DNA of 64,000 nt. Source: an uncultured Chloroflexia bacterium (GTDB lineage Bacteria > Chloroflexota > Anaerolineae > JAAYZQ01). How positions within the stretch are numbered: position 1 is the stretch's first letter; each line of letters begins with the position of its first letter. Under the pieces are notes generated by a model. The model saw nothing but the letters and a program-made list of their open reading frames with translations. It was not told the origin of the DNA and ran no database searches. The position numbers and the translations under genes are program-made. Positions 42,080 through 51,297 of the stretch are shown piece after piece. Location: NCBI GenBank assembly GCA_963700285.1, contig CAVOXA010000001.1:1024001-1088000 (forward strand), given 5' to 3'.

Positions 42080-42095
<16 letters not shown>
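41265..42095 (+). CDS. 2-oxoacid:ferredoxin oxidoreductase beta (TPP-binding) subunit; end approximate
   Basis: [61 protein letters not shown]. Confidence 0.9.
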
Positions 42096-42660
<565 letters not shown>

Positions 42661-42719
42661 CGGGGGGCGCTGGGAGTCCGAGATCCCTCAGGCTTTTGAG
42701 CAAGCTAGGGAGAAGAGTT

Positions 42720-43584
42720 GTGCAATTTGGTAATGTGAGATCTACCCGTGGTTTCCGATGGTACCTACTGGGAGGATGGGGGCGGCTTGTTTGGGCTGGT
42801 TCCCAAAGGCACTGTGGGAACTGGTCGAGGCGCCTGACGAACGGAACCACCTGCTCTTTCAGACGTGGTGCCTGCTGATCGAGACCGAGATCTCAGCGCA
42901 TTCTGGTAGACACCGGCTACGGGGACAAGCTGTCCGAGAAGGAACGGAGATACATGAGCCTCGACGGCGAGCGCCGTCTGCTGGGAAACCTGGACGCCCT
43001 GGGCATTGGGGAAATGGAGATCGACCTGGTGATCAACACCCACCTCCACGGCGATCACTGCGGCGGCAACACCGTCTGCGCTGGGGATGGTGGGCTTGTC
43101 CCAGCCTTCTCAAGCGCCACCTACTGCGTTCAGCGGCTGGAGCTGGCCGATGCCATGTTCCCAAACGAGCGGACCCGGGCGACCTATCACCGGGAGAACT
43201 TTGAGCCGCTGGAACGGGCTGGGCAACTGCGCGTTCTCTGGGGCGACACTCGGCTTACCGACGAGGTTCGCGTGGTGGTCACGCCGGGCCACACGCGGGC
43301 TCACCAGTGTGTCATCGTCGAAAGCGGGGGCCAGACAGCGATGTTTTTGGGGGACGTGGCCTCCTGGCCCATCCACATGGAGCGGCTGGCCTGGGTAGCC
43401 AGCCTATGACGTAGAACCGATGGTCAGCATCGAGACCAAGCGAAGCCTGGCGCGTTGGGCTGTCGATGACCAAGTGCTGCTCATCTTTGAGCACCATCCC
43501 GAGATCGTGGCAGGCTACCTGCACGCCACGGAGCGACCGGATCGTTTCCGGTTGGACCCGGTGGACATCTTGGGCCCTTCCTAG
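42720..43584 (+). CDS. MBL-fold metallo-hydrolase (YtnP-like); frameshifted
   Basis: [52 protein letters not shown]. Confidence 0.82.
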
Positions 43585-43703
43585 ATGCCGGTTCCCGGTA
43601 TCACACCAAGCTTGATGTCCCACGGGGACGGGGCGGGGGAGGCACGAGTGGCAGGGCCAGGGTGCGGCGGACCACCAACCTCCCGCGCTGATTTCAAGCT
43701 GCG

Positions 43704-44519
43704 CTATTGCTGGCAGCGAGGACAGTAGTGCGTGGATCTCCCCCCGAGGACGATCCGCTCGATGGCCGAGCCACATACAAGGCAGGGCTTTCCCGTCCGG
43801 CCATAGACGGTGACCTGATCCTGGTAGGTGCCGGCCTCGCCCCTGGCATCGAGGAACCCGCCGTCGTCCAGGGTCGTGCCCCGGCCCTCAACGGCGCGTC
43901 CCAGCACTGCGCGTATCGCCTGGTACAGCCGGGCTTGCTCCTCTGGGGTTAGCGAATCGGCCTTCCTCAGCGGATGGAGACCGGCGGCAAAGAGTGTTTC
44001 ATCGGCATAGATGTTGCCCAGCCCGGCGAGAAACTCCTGGTTCAACAGCAGCGGCTTGAGCCGGCCTTTGCGCCGTGCCAGCAGCCGGCGGAAATCGTCC
44101 ACTGCGAAATCACCGGCCAGGGGCTCAGGGCCCAGCCCTCCCGTAATCTGCGTTGGATCGCTCACCAGATAAACGCGTCCGAACTTGCGCACATCGTGAA
44201 AGCAGAGCTGTTGCCCATTGTCCAGGTCAAATACTGTGTGCGCGTGCTTGTCAAGCGGCTTGCCGGAGGGCTCAACTTGCAGGCGGCCGCTCATCTTGAG
44301 GTGGATTAGCAGGGCCCCTTGGTCCAGGTTGACGACCACGAACTTGCCGCGCCGGCTGACAGATGCAATCCGTCGCCCAACGATCTGCTTCTCGAACTGG
44401 GCCACGCTGGGGAAAGCGATGGTCCTCGGCCAGCGCACAGTTGCGCCGGTGAAGGTTTGACCCACCAGCGGCCCGACCAATCCCCGGGCCACGGTTTCGA
44501 CCTCAGGGAGTTCGGGCAT
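43704..44519 (-). CDS. mutM: Formamidopyrimidine-DNA glycosylase
   Basis: MPELPEVET, RRGK, HLKMSG, DVRKFG, GLGNIYADE, zinc finger CLVC...CPRC. Confidence 0.98.
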   Translation of the reverse strand: MPELPEVETVARGLVGPLVGQTFTGATVRWPRTIAFPSVAQFEKQIVGRRIASVSRRGKFVVVNLDQGALLIHLKMSGRLQVEPSGKPLDKHAHTVFDLDNGQQLCFHDVRKFGRVYLVSDPTQITGGLGPEPLAGDFAVDDFRRLLARRKGRLKPLLLNQEFLAGLGNIYADETLFAAGLHPLRKADSLTPEEQARLYQAIRAVLGRAVEGRGTTLDDGGFLDARGEAGTYQDQVTVYGRTGKPCLVCGSAIERIVLGGRSTHYCPRCQQ

Positions 44520-44541
44520 TCTTCTGCCGCCTTTGCTCTCC

Positions 44542-44560
44542 GAATGTTCTCAGAATGTTC
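44542..44560. promoter_or_regulatory. GAATGTTC direct repeat (GTTC-N7-GTTC) upstream of mutM
   Basis: Copies at 44542-44549 and 44553-44560, 11-nt period. Confidence 0.4.
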
Positions 44561-44593
44561 ATCAATTCACTTCAAGGGGACTGGCGCAAAGTC

Positions 44594-45268
44594 CTAGATT
44601 TTGGCGCCCAGGATTTCCGAGGATATGGCGCATTCGTGCTGGCCAAAAGCCTGGCAGGCGCCAGGCACGTTGGCCGGTACGTCAATGCCGAATTCCGCCA
44701 GGGCCCGGCCGAGGTGACAGAGGGGCAGGCCCACCACGCTCAGCCAGCAGCCATCCACCCAGGACACGGGATCGAACTCTGGGTGCTGGATGGCATAGGC
44801 GCCGGCCTTGTCCATGGGATCGCCGCTCTCCACATACCTGGCGATCTCGGCGTCGGTATAGTCGCGCATCCAGACCAGGCTCTCGGCCAGTTGGCAGACC
44901 ATGCGCCGCCTGGCAGGGTGCCACAAACTGACGCCGCTATACACCACGTGCGACCGTCCGCGCAGGAGCTGGAGCATCCGGGTCGCATCATCAGGGTCCA
45001 CTGGTTTTCCCATCACTTGGCCGTTCAGAACCACGACGGTATCGGCGGCCACAACGAGGGTGTCAGGCCGAACATCTCTGACGGCCAGTGCCTTGGCCTG
45101 GCTCAGGCGCAGTACCATCTCAGTCGGCGGCTCTCCGTCCAGGGCTTGTTCCTCGACATCAACTGCCTTGACGATAAAAGGAAGGCCCAATAGTGGCAGG
45201 AGTTGCCTTCTCCGGGGTGAACCCGAGGCCAGGATCAGCCGCCGGATGCCAAAATCATCAGTTGTCAT
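44594..45268 (-). CDS. maf: Maf-family nucleotide pyrophosphatase (YhdE-type)
   Basis: LILASGSPRRRQLL, ADTVV, GKP, DKAGAYAIQ, VVGLPL. Confidence 0.93.
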   Translation of the reverse strand: MTTDDFGIRRLILASGSPRRRQLLPLLGLPFIVKAVDVEEQALDGEPPTEMVLRLSQAKALAVRDVRPDTLVVAADTVVVLNGQVMGKPVDPDDATRMLQLLRGRSHVVYSGVSLWHPARRRMVCQLAESLVWMRDYTDAEIARYVESGDPMDKAGAYAIQHPEFDPVSWVDGCWLSVVGLPLCHLGRALAEFGIDVPANVPGACQAFGQHECAISSEILGAKI

Positions 45269-45274
45269 CTATCC

Positions 45275-45709
45275 TCAATTCTCCAGTGCCTTGCGAATGG
45301 CAGTGGCTGTCTGATCCAGGGTTTCTCGCACGGGCACGAGATCATATTCCGGACCAAACCGGAAGCCAAAGCCATCACCCCGAAAGCGGGGGATGATGTG
45401 TAGGTGAACGTGGCAAACGTCCTGACCGGCTGCCTCTCCGTCAGCCAGGAAGAGGTTGACACCCTCGCAGCGGACCCCGGATGCTCGAAGCGCACCAGCC
45501 AATTCTCTGCCTATGCGGAACATGTGGCCGCCGGTGTCTGGGTCCAGATCAGCCAGGTGGCGGGCATGCATCCTGGGCACGACGAGAAGGTGCCCGGGGT
45601 TGACGGGCCGAATATCCATGAAGGCAACGACCCAGTCGTCGGAATACAGGAGGCTGGCTGGCGCCTTACCCCGGACGATCTCGCAGAAAATACAAACCCC
45701 CCGAGTCAT
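45275..45709 (-). CDS. HIT-family nucleotide hydrolase
   Basis: CIFCEI, FMDIRP, GHLLVVP, AGQDVCHVHLHIIPR (HxHxH). Confidence 0.93.
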   Translation of the reverse strand: MTRGVCIFCEIVRGKAPASLLYSDDWVVAFMDIRPVNPGHLLVVPRMHARHLADLDPDTGGHMFRIGRELAGALRASGVRCEGVNLFLADGEAAGQDVCHVHLHIIPRFRGDGFGFRFGPEYDLVPVRETLDQTATAIRKALEN

Positions 45710-45715
45710 CGCGGT

Positions 45716-46246
45716 CTACAATCTCACCAGGGTATCCAGTTCCTGGCCCTTGCGTACATAGGCCAGGGAGAGGTCGCGCCCCTTGGGCATTTCGCGTACC
45801 AGCCGGTGCAGATCATCTGCGCGGCTCACTAATTGGCCTCCCAGAGCGGTGATCACGTCCCCTGTCCGCAGGCCGGCCTGCTCGGCTGGCGATCCTGCCC
45901 GTACCCGACCTACGTACGCACCTGAGGCCGGAATGCCCGGCTGCTTGCGCGCCTGAGAGGCTGCGTCGGCAACGGATGCTCCCAGACGCGGACCTGACTC
46001 GGTCTTGGCACCGCGAGCCTGGTTTAGGAGCTGCATCAATAGGGGCTGGTTAAAGCCAACTACCGCCTGTCCGTCCACAGTGATGACCGGTACCCCCTGC
46101 TGTCCCGAGGCCCGGACCATCTCCATCGCCGCCTGCCGGTCCGCGGCGACGTTCTTTTCGACATAGCGCACCCCCTGCCGCGAAAGAAACTCTTTCGCCT
46201 GATAGCAGTATGGTCAGGTGGGGGTCGTATAGACGACTACGTTCAT
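45716..46246 (-). CDS. Selenocysteine-containing glutaredoxin (YruB-like, UPYC) fused to a PDZ domain, 176 aa
   Basis: ATG 46246 with SD AGGAG, overlapping the upstream stop (ATGA). Reads MNVVVYTTPT-TGA(46214-46216)-PYCYQAKEFL and continues in frame into GQQGVPVI..GFN and a PDZ domain (RLGA...GAYVGRVRAGSPAEQAGLRTGDVIT). Confidence 0.9.
46172..46213 (-). other. Bacterial SECIS-like hairpin immediately 3' of the in-frame UGA
   Basis: mRNA: UGA CCAUA CUGC UAUCAG GCGAAAGA-GUU-UCUUUCGC G GCAG. Perfect 8-bp apical stem, G as first loop base 23 nt after UGA, lower CUGC/GCAG stem. Confidence 0.75.
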
Positions 46247-46476
46247 GGTTTCGCACTCCTGTTCGGAAGGTCGATAGCACGATGGGGACATGCTGCCACG
46301 CACGAGTAGCAGCCAAAGCAAAAGTCCGGATCGGCAACCGGGATGCTGTCCTGGTCATCCCTGCGGAGGCCCTGGGCCAGGCAGGCAGCGATAGATGGGC
46401 AATCGGCACAACGCTGGCACCGCGAAGGGTCGACGCGGGGCACGATGTCGTCCCAGAAGTTGCTAGTCTGGGGCAC
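46243..46476 (-). CDS. Small 4Fe-4S dicluster ferredoxin-like protein
   Basis: CQRCADC....AC and CFGCYSCVAACP motifs; overlaps both neighbours (translational coupling). Confidence 0.8.
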   Translation of the reverse strand: MPQTSNFWDDIVPRVDPSRCQRCADCPSIAACLAQGLRRDDQDSIPVADPDFCFGCYSCVAACPHRAIDLPNRSAKP

Positions 46477-46930
46477 CGGTTAGCTCTCCAAGCCGGGCCA
46501 GCACCTTCTTGGCGTGACCATCAACCTTCACCGTGGGCCACACTGCGCGCACGACGCCCGTGGGGTCGATGAGATAGGTGACCCGGTTCGCCGATTTGCC
46601 GTGGTCCTTCAGCGTTCCATAGCCGGTCGCCATCTCTTTTTCCGAGTCGGAGAGGAGCTCGAATCGAAAGTCGTGCTTGTCCCGGAATTTTGCCAGGGTT
46701 CCTGGCTTGTCGGTGCTAACCCCTACTACGATCGCATTCGACGCCTGAAATTCGTCCAGGAGGGCATTGAAGGCTTGACCCTCCCGGGTGCAGCCCGACG
46801 TATGGGCCTTGGGATAGAAGTATAGCACCAGCCAGCGTCCCTGGAAATCGCTCAATGCCAGAGGGGACTCTCCAGCAGTGAGTGCTTGGAACTGGGGCGC
46901 CGGAGCGCCAACGGGCAATAGGCTGCTCAC
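46463..46930 (-). CDS. bcp: Peroxiredoxin, BCP/PrxQ family (single Cys)
   Basis: LVLYFYPKAHTSGCTREG, GVSTD, LLSD, RVTYLIDPTG, VKVDGHA; SD AGGAGG. Confidence 0.92.
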   Translation of the reverse strand: MSSLLPVGAPAPQFQALTAGESPLALSDFQGRWLVLYFYPKAHTSGCTREGQAFNALLDEFQASNAIVVGVSTDKPGTLAKFRDKHDFRFELLSDSEKEMATGYGTLKDHGKSANRVTYLIDPTGVVRAVWPTVKVDGHAKKVLARLGELTGAPD

Positions 46931-47231
46931 AATTCCTACCTCCTGAGCTACTCTATTCTGGTCACAAACCTTGCGCCAGATTTCGAGACGGGTCGGATTA
47001 TACCAAGGTTGCTATCCTACGTCAAACGCTCCGTCGCTGTGGGGATGGTAGGGAGGTTCACACGACTCAGATACTGGGCATGGCTTGAGCTGGTGCCAGC
47101 CTCACCGAGCACGGGGGATAGAACCGACCACCTTGGCGTTGCCCAGCAACAGGGCGAGCCTATACGAGGCGCTGCGAACAGCCAGAATCGGGTGTGCAAG
47201 ATGGGGCGCCGGGCTTTACTGCAAACATGGT

Positions 47232-47271
47232 CGTGCTCGCTACCGATGATCCGCTTTCAGTAGCGAGCACG
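47232..47271. terminator. 12-bp perfect hairpin downstream of the NPEL-repeat gene (possible terminator)
   Basis: CGTGCTCGCTAC (47232-47243) / GTAGCGAGCACG (47260-47271); no clear U-tract. Confidence 0.4.
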
Positions 47272-47284
47272 GCGTCGCATCTAC

Positions 47285-47764
47285 TCAGTCTACATCGCCA
47301 GCGGAAAGGTAGCGGAGGAAGATCATCAGCTCTGGATTTGCCGCAAGGTCGGCATATTTGTCGCTGTCCGAATACGCCGCCTTGGAGGCTCCTTGATGCC
47401 GAACGGCTATCAGCTCGGGGTTGGCGGCCAAGAACGAGTCTTCTCCCTTCATGCCGGCTGACTCGGCATGACGCCGTGCGGCCATCAACTCTGGGTTGGC
47501 GTACAGGAACGCGGCCTCTGACCTCTTGGCCGTTTCCTTGGCGTAGCGGCCAGCGGCCATCAACTCCGGGTTGGTAGCCGCCAGAGAAGCGACATCCGTC
47601 GTCTCTACGATAGAGTTGCTTCCCGGCACTACAACGGCCACTGCCGCAAAGAGAAGCACCAGCGCCGCAAGCACTACGGCCAAGGTAGCAACCTTTCTGC
47701 TGAACACGTCTTGGGTCTCATCCTGTGGGATGGGCAGATGGATACCATGAATCCTCTGGCTCAC
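47285..47764 (-). CDS. Single-TM hypothetical protein with four (L)AANPELM repeats
   Basis: SD AAGGAGG 7 nt before GTG; TM VATLAVVLAALVLLFAAVAVVV; repeats ATNPELMAAGRY, YANPELMAARRH, AANPELIAVRH, AANPELMIFLRY. Confidence 0.75.
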   Translation of the reverse strand: MSQRIHGIHLPIPQDETQDVFSRKVATLAVVLAALVLLFAAVAVVVPGSNSIVETTDVASLAATNPELMAAGRYAKETAKRSEAAFLYANPELMAARRHAESAGMKGEDSFLAANPELIAVRHQGASKAAYSDSDKYADLAANPELMIFLRYLSAGDVD

Positions 47765-48032
47765 GTCATGACCTCCTTTTCGGTTTTTTGGGAGCTGGTT
47801 TCCCCCGGCTGGATGGGCTGCTCAGCTCGACTGCTGAGCACTTTTTTGATTCTTGCCTCAATGAACGGAGAATCTCCAAGTTTTCCGGCGATGGCACCCC
47901 GAGATAAGGTATTCTTAATGCCCGCATGATCTGTTCTTAAAGTCAGGCGTCAGCTGATCTGCTAGAATGGATGTGAGCCTAGCGGTTGTATTCTGACTTG
48001 GCAAAAGCGATTGGAGAATTGGGAGGGATCAC

Positions 48033-48518
48033 TTGAAGAGATTAGTAGCCGGTGCATTGAACGTCATCGTTATTCTTTCGGTATTGGCCATTGGCGCTAC
48101 GGCGGCTCCGGGGACGGCTGCAGCCGCAGAAAAGGTTGGGCCGTACGAAGGTACTTTCCAGGGCTACGCGTATGGTGACCAGGGCACCCGAGCGCCGCTT
48201 ATGCTTGACCTGACCCACCGTGATGGGCAAGTGGAAGGAAAGGTATCCATGGGGCAAGGTCTGTACGTTGATGCAGGCGTTTGTGGTGCGGCCAATATTC
48301 CCGCCACGTCACAGTACGTGGAGGGTCAGACGACGCGCTGGAACCCAAATCGTCTGGAAGTCAACCCGGCATTTGATCTGGGTGGTTTCAAATTGGTCGT
48401 TGATCTCGAAAGCAGCCTGTCGGCCAATGGCGATGTCATCACGGCAAATGCCAAGGTCGACCTGCCCTGGTTCTGTGGCCGCGATCCGGTATTGAAGGCT
48501 ACTCTTTATAGAAAATAG
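48033..48518 (+). CDS. Secreted hypothetical protein (signal peptide, beta-rich, two Cys)
   Basis: SD GGAGGG; MKRLV + hydrophobic stretch + AxA; stop followed by hairpins. Confidence 0.7.
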   Translation: MKRLVAGALNVIVILSVLAIGATAAPGTAAAAEKVGPYEGTFQGYAYGDQGTRAPLMLDLTHRDGQVEGKVSMGQGLYVDAGVCGAANIPATSQYVEGQTTRWNPNRLEVNPAFDLGGFKLVVDLESSLSANGDVITANAKVDLPWFCGRDPVLKATLYRK

Positions 48519-48596
48519 GCCCAGGCTTTGGCCACGGGCCTATCAGGTGGCCGATTGCAGGCCACCTGTCCTATGCCACGTGGATGCATCTGCCCG

Positions 48597-48634
48597 AAAA
48601 AAGACGCGACCCTGGCAAGCTGCCAGGGTCGTCT
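48597..48634. terminator. Intrinsic terminator-like hairpin between convergent genes
   Basis: AAAAAAGACG-CGACCCTGGCA-AGC-TGCCAGGGTCG-TCT. Confidence 0.6.
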
Positions 48635-48953
48635 GCTGTTCCGTTTGTCAGGGCTACAAGCAGGCGGCCATCGTCAGACCATCTGGACTCTGAACTCGAG
48701 CGCCCGCGCCCCAGCCCATGGCGTCAGCAGTCTTCCCAGCCCCGTCTGTCCGGCACGCAACGGGTACACGCTAACACCCCCGATCGGCTGCGACAGGGCG
48801 CAGAGCACCCCAGGGCCTGCACTGTTGCCGAGATCCCCGCCCAAGCGGAGTACTCCAAGGGCACGCCCCCTCTGCATCGCGTGGGCGAGATCACCTGCAT
48901 GGGCTGCAAGTAGACCCTACTTCCTGCGCCGTAGGCTGACGGGCCAGCCACGG

Positions 48954-49700
48954 CTATTTCACGATGATCGTCGCTGCACCGAGAGGAAACTCTTCCCAGT
49001 CCGCATCACCCTGACTGCACCGGGCAAAGCAAATAGCCAGAAAGACCTTGTACGTTCCGGGGCTGCTAAAAGCCAGACCGTCGTCGTGCTTGAATGGCGT
49101 ACCCGGCTGAATAATGTCAGGATTGATCCAGCTCGTGTTGAAAAGTCCGTTGCTGGCCTTGATGCCCAGCTTCTCAAAACCCACTGGATTCTGGGTATGG
49201 TTCAGCGCCTCGTAAGTGAAATACGCCGTCTCACCTACAGCGAACGTTGTCTTGTCACGGGCAACTACCAACCCCGAGACACCGTGTGAGCCAACAACGT
49301 GCTTCGCTTCGGGTTTGGGAACCGGCGTAGGCGGTACTTTGGTAGGCTGTGCCGGGGCCCTGGTCGCCGTGGGCGGCGCCGGTGTCGGGGTTGGCGGCTC
49401 TGGGGTGTCAGTTGGCGGCGCCTGCGTCGGTGGAATGGGGGTAGGAGTTGGCGGCTCAGCCGTGTCGGTAAGTGGCAAGGGCGTAGCTGAGGGCAAAGGG
49501 GTGTCGGTTGGAGCAGGCGTCGGTGTTGGTGTTGGGGGCAATGTCTCGGTTGCCGCCGGCATGGCTGTGAAGGTCGGCCTGAGCGTCTTGACCGGGGCGG
49601 GCGTGGCCTGAGGGACCTGAGCCACAAAACTCGGGAAGCCGCAGCCCAGGCCAACGATCCCCCATATCACCAGTGCAAAGAACAAGTGTCTATGTTTCAT
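48954..49700 (-). CDS. Putative lipoprotein with Pro/Thr-rich linker and C-terminal Ig-like domain
   Basis: Lipobox-like GLGC at residue 20; ~85-aa PT-rich tract; C-terminal FSSPGTYKV. Confidence 0.75.
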   Translation of the reverse strand: MKHRHLFFALVIWGIVGLGCGFPSFVAQVPQATPAPVKTLRPTFTAMPAATETLPPTPTPTPAPTDTPLPSATPLPLTDTAEPPTPTPIPPTQAPPTDTPEPPTPTPAPPTATRAPAQPTKVPPTPVPKPEAKHVVGSHGVSGLVVARDKTTFAVGETAYFTYEALNHTQNPVGFEKLGIKASNGLFNTSWINPDIIQPGTPFKHDDGLAFSSPGTYKVFLAICFARCSQGDADWEEFPLGAATIIVK

Positions 49701-49906
49701 TTCGCGTCACCCTCGTCTTCCACGGAACATTCCTCTCCACCTCGCCGCAGCCGGAGATTCGATTGAATCGGCTGCGCCTGGCATGTCTGGAGATGGCCAC
49801 GTGGGCCAGCCTGGATTCTACTCGAAAACCCAGGGGCAAGCAAGTGGCGCAAAGCAAAAGAACCGCGGATCATTGGGAGGGTGGGCGAGGACAGTAGGAA
49901 TAGGGG

Positions 49907-50284
49907 TCATGCACACTCAGCTTGCTCGAGGGCTCTCTCTAGTAGGTCAGTCACGTGGAGGTCGGTTGCCATACCGCGCAAGTAGCTACGGTCTATCCGG
50001 TCGTGCTGCACTTTGAGGACGCCCAGAATATCATGCCACTGGCGCTCCGAGGTCTCACCGCCAAGGCGATACCATTCGAGTTTGGCCAGGACAATGTCTT
50101 CAGCACTGGCGACGAAGGCGCTGCACTCGGGATCCATGCCCAGGACGTGGTGCTGGCGGCGGGCCAACTGGGAGCGATCGAACGGGCGCGCGCTGGCCAG
50201 CGAGCCTCCAATGAGATATGGGGCTTTCAGCGTGTCCAGGGTATTGATGACGACCATTGTCACGGCGAGAGGCTCAGAAAGCAT
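49907..50284 (-). pseudogene. Nucleotidyltransferase-like (DUF6036-like) gene with an apparent in-frame internal deletion
   Basis: PYLIGGSLASA is joined directly to RPFDRSQLARR; the expected GxxRxTxDxD segment is absent; C-terminal SAEDIVLAKLEWY...SERQWHDI is kept. Confidence 0.6.
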
Positions 50285-50538
50285 CAGCCTCGCTCCAACA
50301 ATGGTCCGTAGATGCGCGTTGCTAGTTCCTGTCCCAGCACCAGGTTGGCCAAACGCCGCCTGCGCTGCTCTGGAGAGTCGTCGGGATAGCGCTGGCGCAG
50401 CCCAGCCAGGGCAAGGGTCCGCACAGTTTGGTTCATTTCGCCCACAAGGGCTAGTTTCCGCCAGGGTGGCATCTTCCGCAACTGCTCGATCTGCAGTTGT
50501 TCGACGTGGGACATGGTGTCAGAAAAGTGTGCTGTCAT
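50284..50538 (-). CDS. Small partner protein of the nucleotidyltransferase (toxin-antitoxin-like pair)
   Basis: MTAHFSDT...QIEQLRKMPPWRKL...AGLRQRYPD; TGATG overlap with the downstream gene. Confidence 0.6.
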   Translation of the reverse strand: MTAHFSDTMSHVEQLQIEQLRKMPPWRKLALVGEMNQTVRTLALAGLRQRYPDDSPEQRRRRLANLVLGQELATRIYGPLLERG

Positions 50539-50700
50539 CCTCCGGCCCGCCAAACAGCGTGTCACCCGATAGTCCTTCATCAATGTAGTCAATTATAGCA
50601 TTGTTCTCAGACCTTAACAAGCAGGAGCGAACCAGTTGGGGCCGGGAGCTGGAGAGACGCTTCATCGGAATCTGCTGCGGTACACGGAGACTCTTTGCTA

Positions 50701-51270
50701 TTACTCGGCGGTTTCTGGTGGTTGAGCGTTGTGTGGCCCAGCGTTCAGCAGTAGCTCGCACCACAACAACGCCAGCGCGCTGGGCCCATCCGAGATCTCA
50801 CCCTCGCGCGCCATACGCAGGGCCTCCTTGACCGGCTTGAGGCGTATCTCCATCAGCTCCGTCGGCTCGTAGTGGGTTTCACCCAGCTCGACGCCCATTG
50901 CCAAATAGACATAAGCGATTTCATTGGAGGTGCCGTTGGAGGTATAGAACTGGCCGACGTAGTGCAGCTCGGACGCTACACCGCCAACCTCTTCCAGCAA
51001 CTCGCGCCGGGCCACTTCCTCTGGTGCCAGATCCGGAGCCAGGCCCCCAGCCGGTACTTCTATACAGTACGCATTAACCGGATAACGGTAGTTCCAGATC
51101 AGAACGATCTGCCCATCGGGGGTGACTGGTACGACCCACACCGCGCCGGGGTGATCGACGATGGTATAGGTATACTCGTAGCCTTCGGGCGTACGCAGCC
51201 GGTCCTGGCGCAGGCTGTACCACTTGCTCTGCCACAGATACCGGCTCTCGAGTGTTTCCAAGATCGACAT
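50701..51270 (-). CDS. Nudix hydrolase (ADP-ribose pyrophosphatase-like)
   Basis: HPGAV, YRYP, EVPAGG...ARRELLEEVG, FYTSNG.SNE. Confidence 0.9.
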   Translation of the reverse strand: MSILETLESRYLWQSKWYSLRQDRLRTPEGYEYTYTIVDHPGAVWVVPVTPDGQIVLIWNYRYPVNAYCIEVPAGGLAPDLAPEEVARRELLEEVGGVASELHYVGQFYTSNGTSNEIAYVYLAMGVELGETHYEPTELMEIRLKPVKEALRMAREGEISDGPSALALLWCELLLNAGPHNAQPPETAE

Positions 51271-51297
51271 CTTTTTGATGCTTGCTTGGAGGTGGCG

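Noticed and set aside
48640-48950. Short ORFs and a CAGCCCATG/CATGGGCTG inverted pair in a 300-nt gap
   Set aside because: No SD, recognisable product or convincing extended structure.
49390-49570. Low-complexity DNA repeats
   Set aside because: Explained by the Pro/Thr-rich linker of the lipoprotein.
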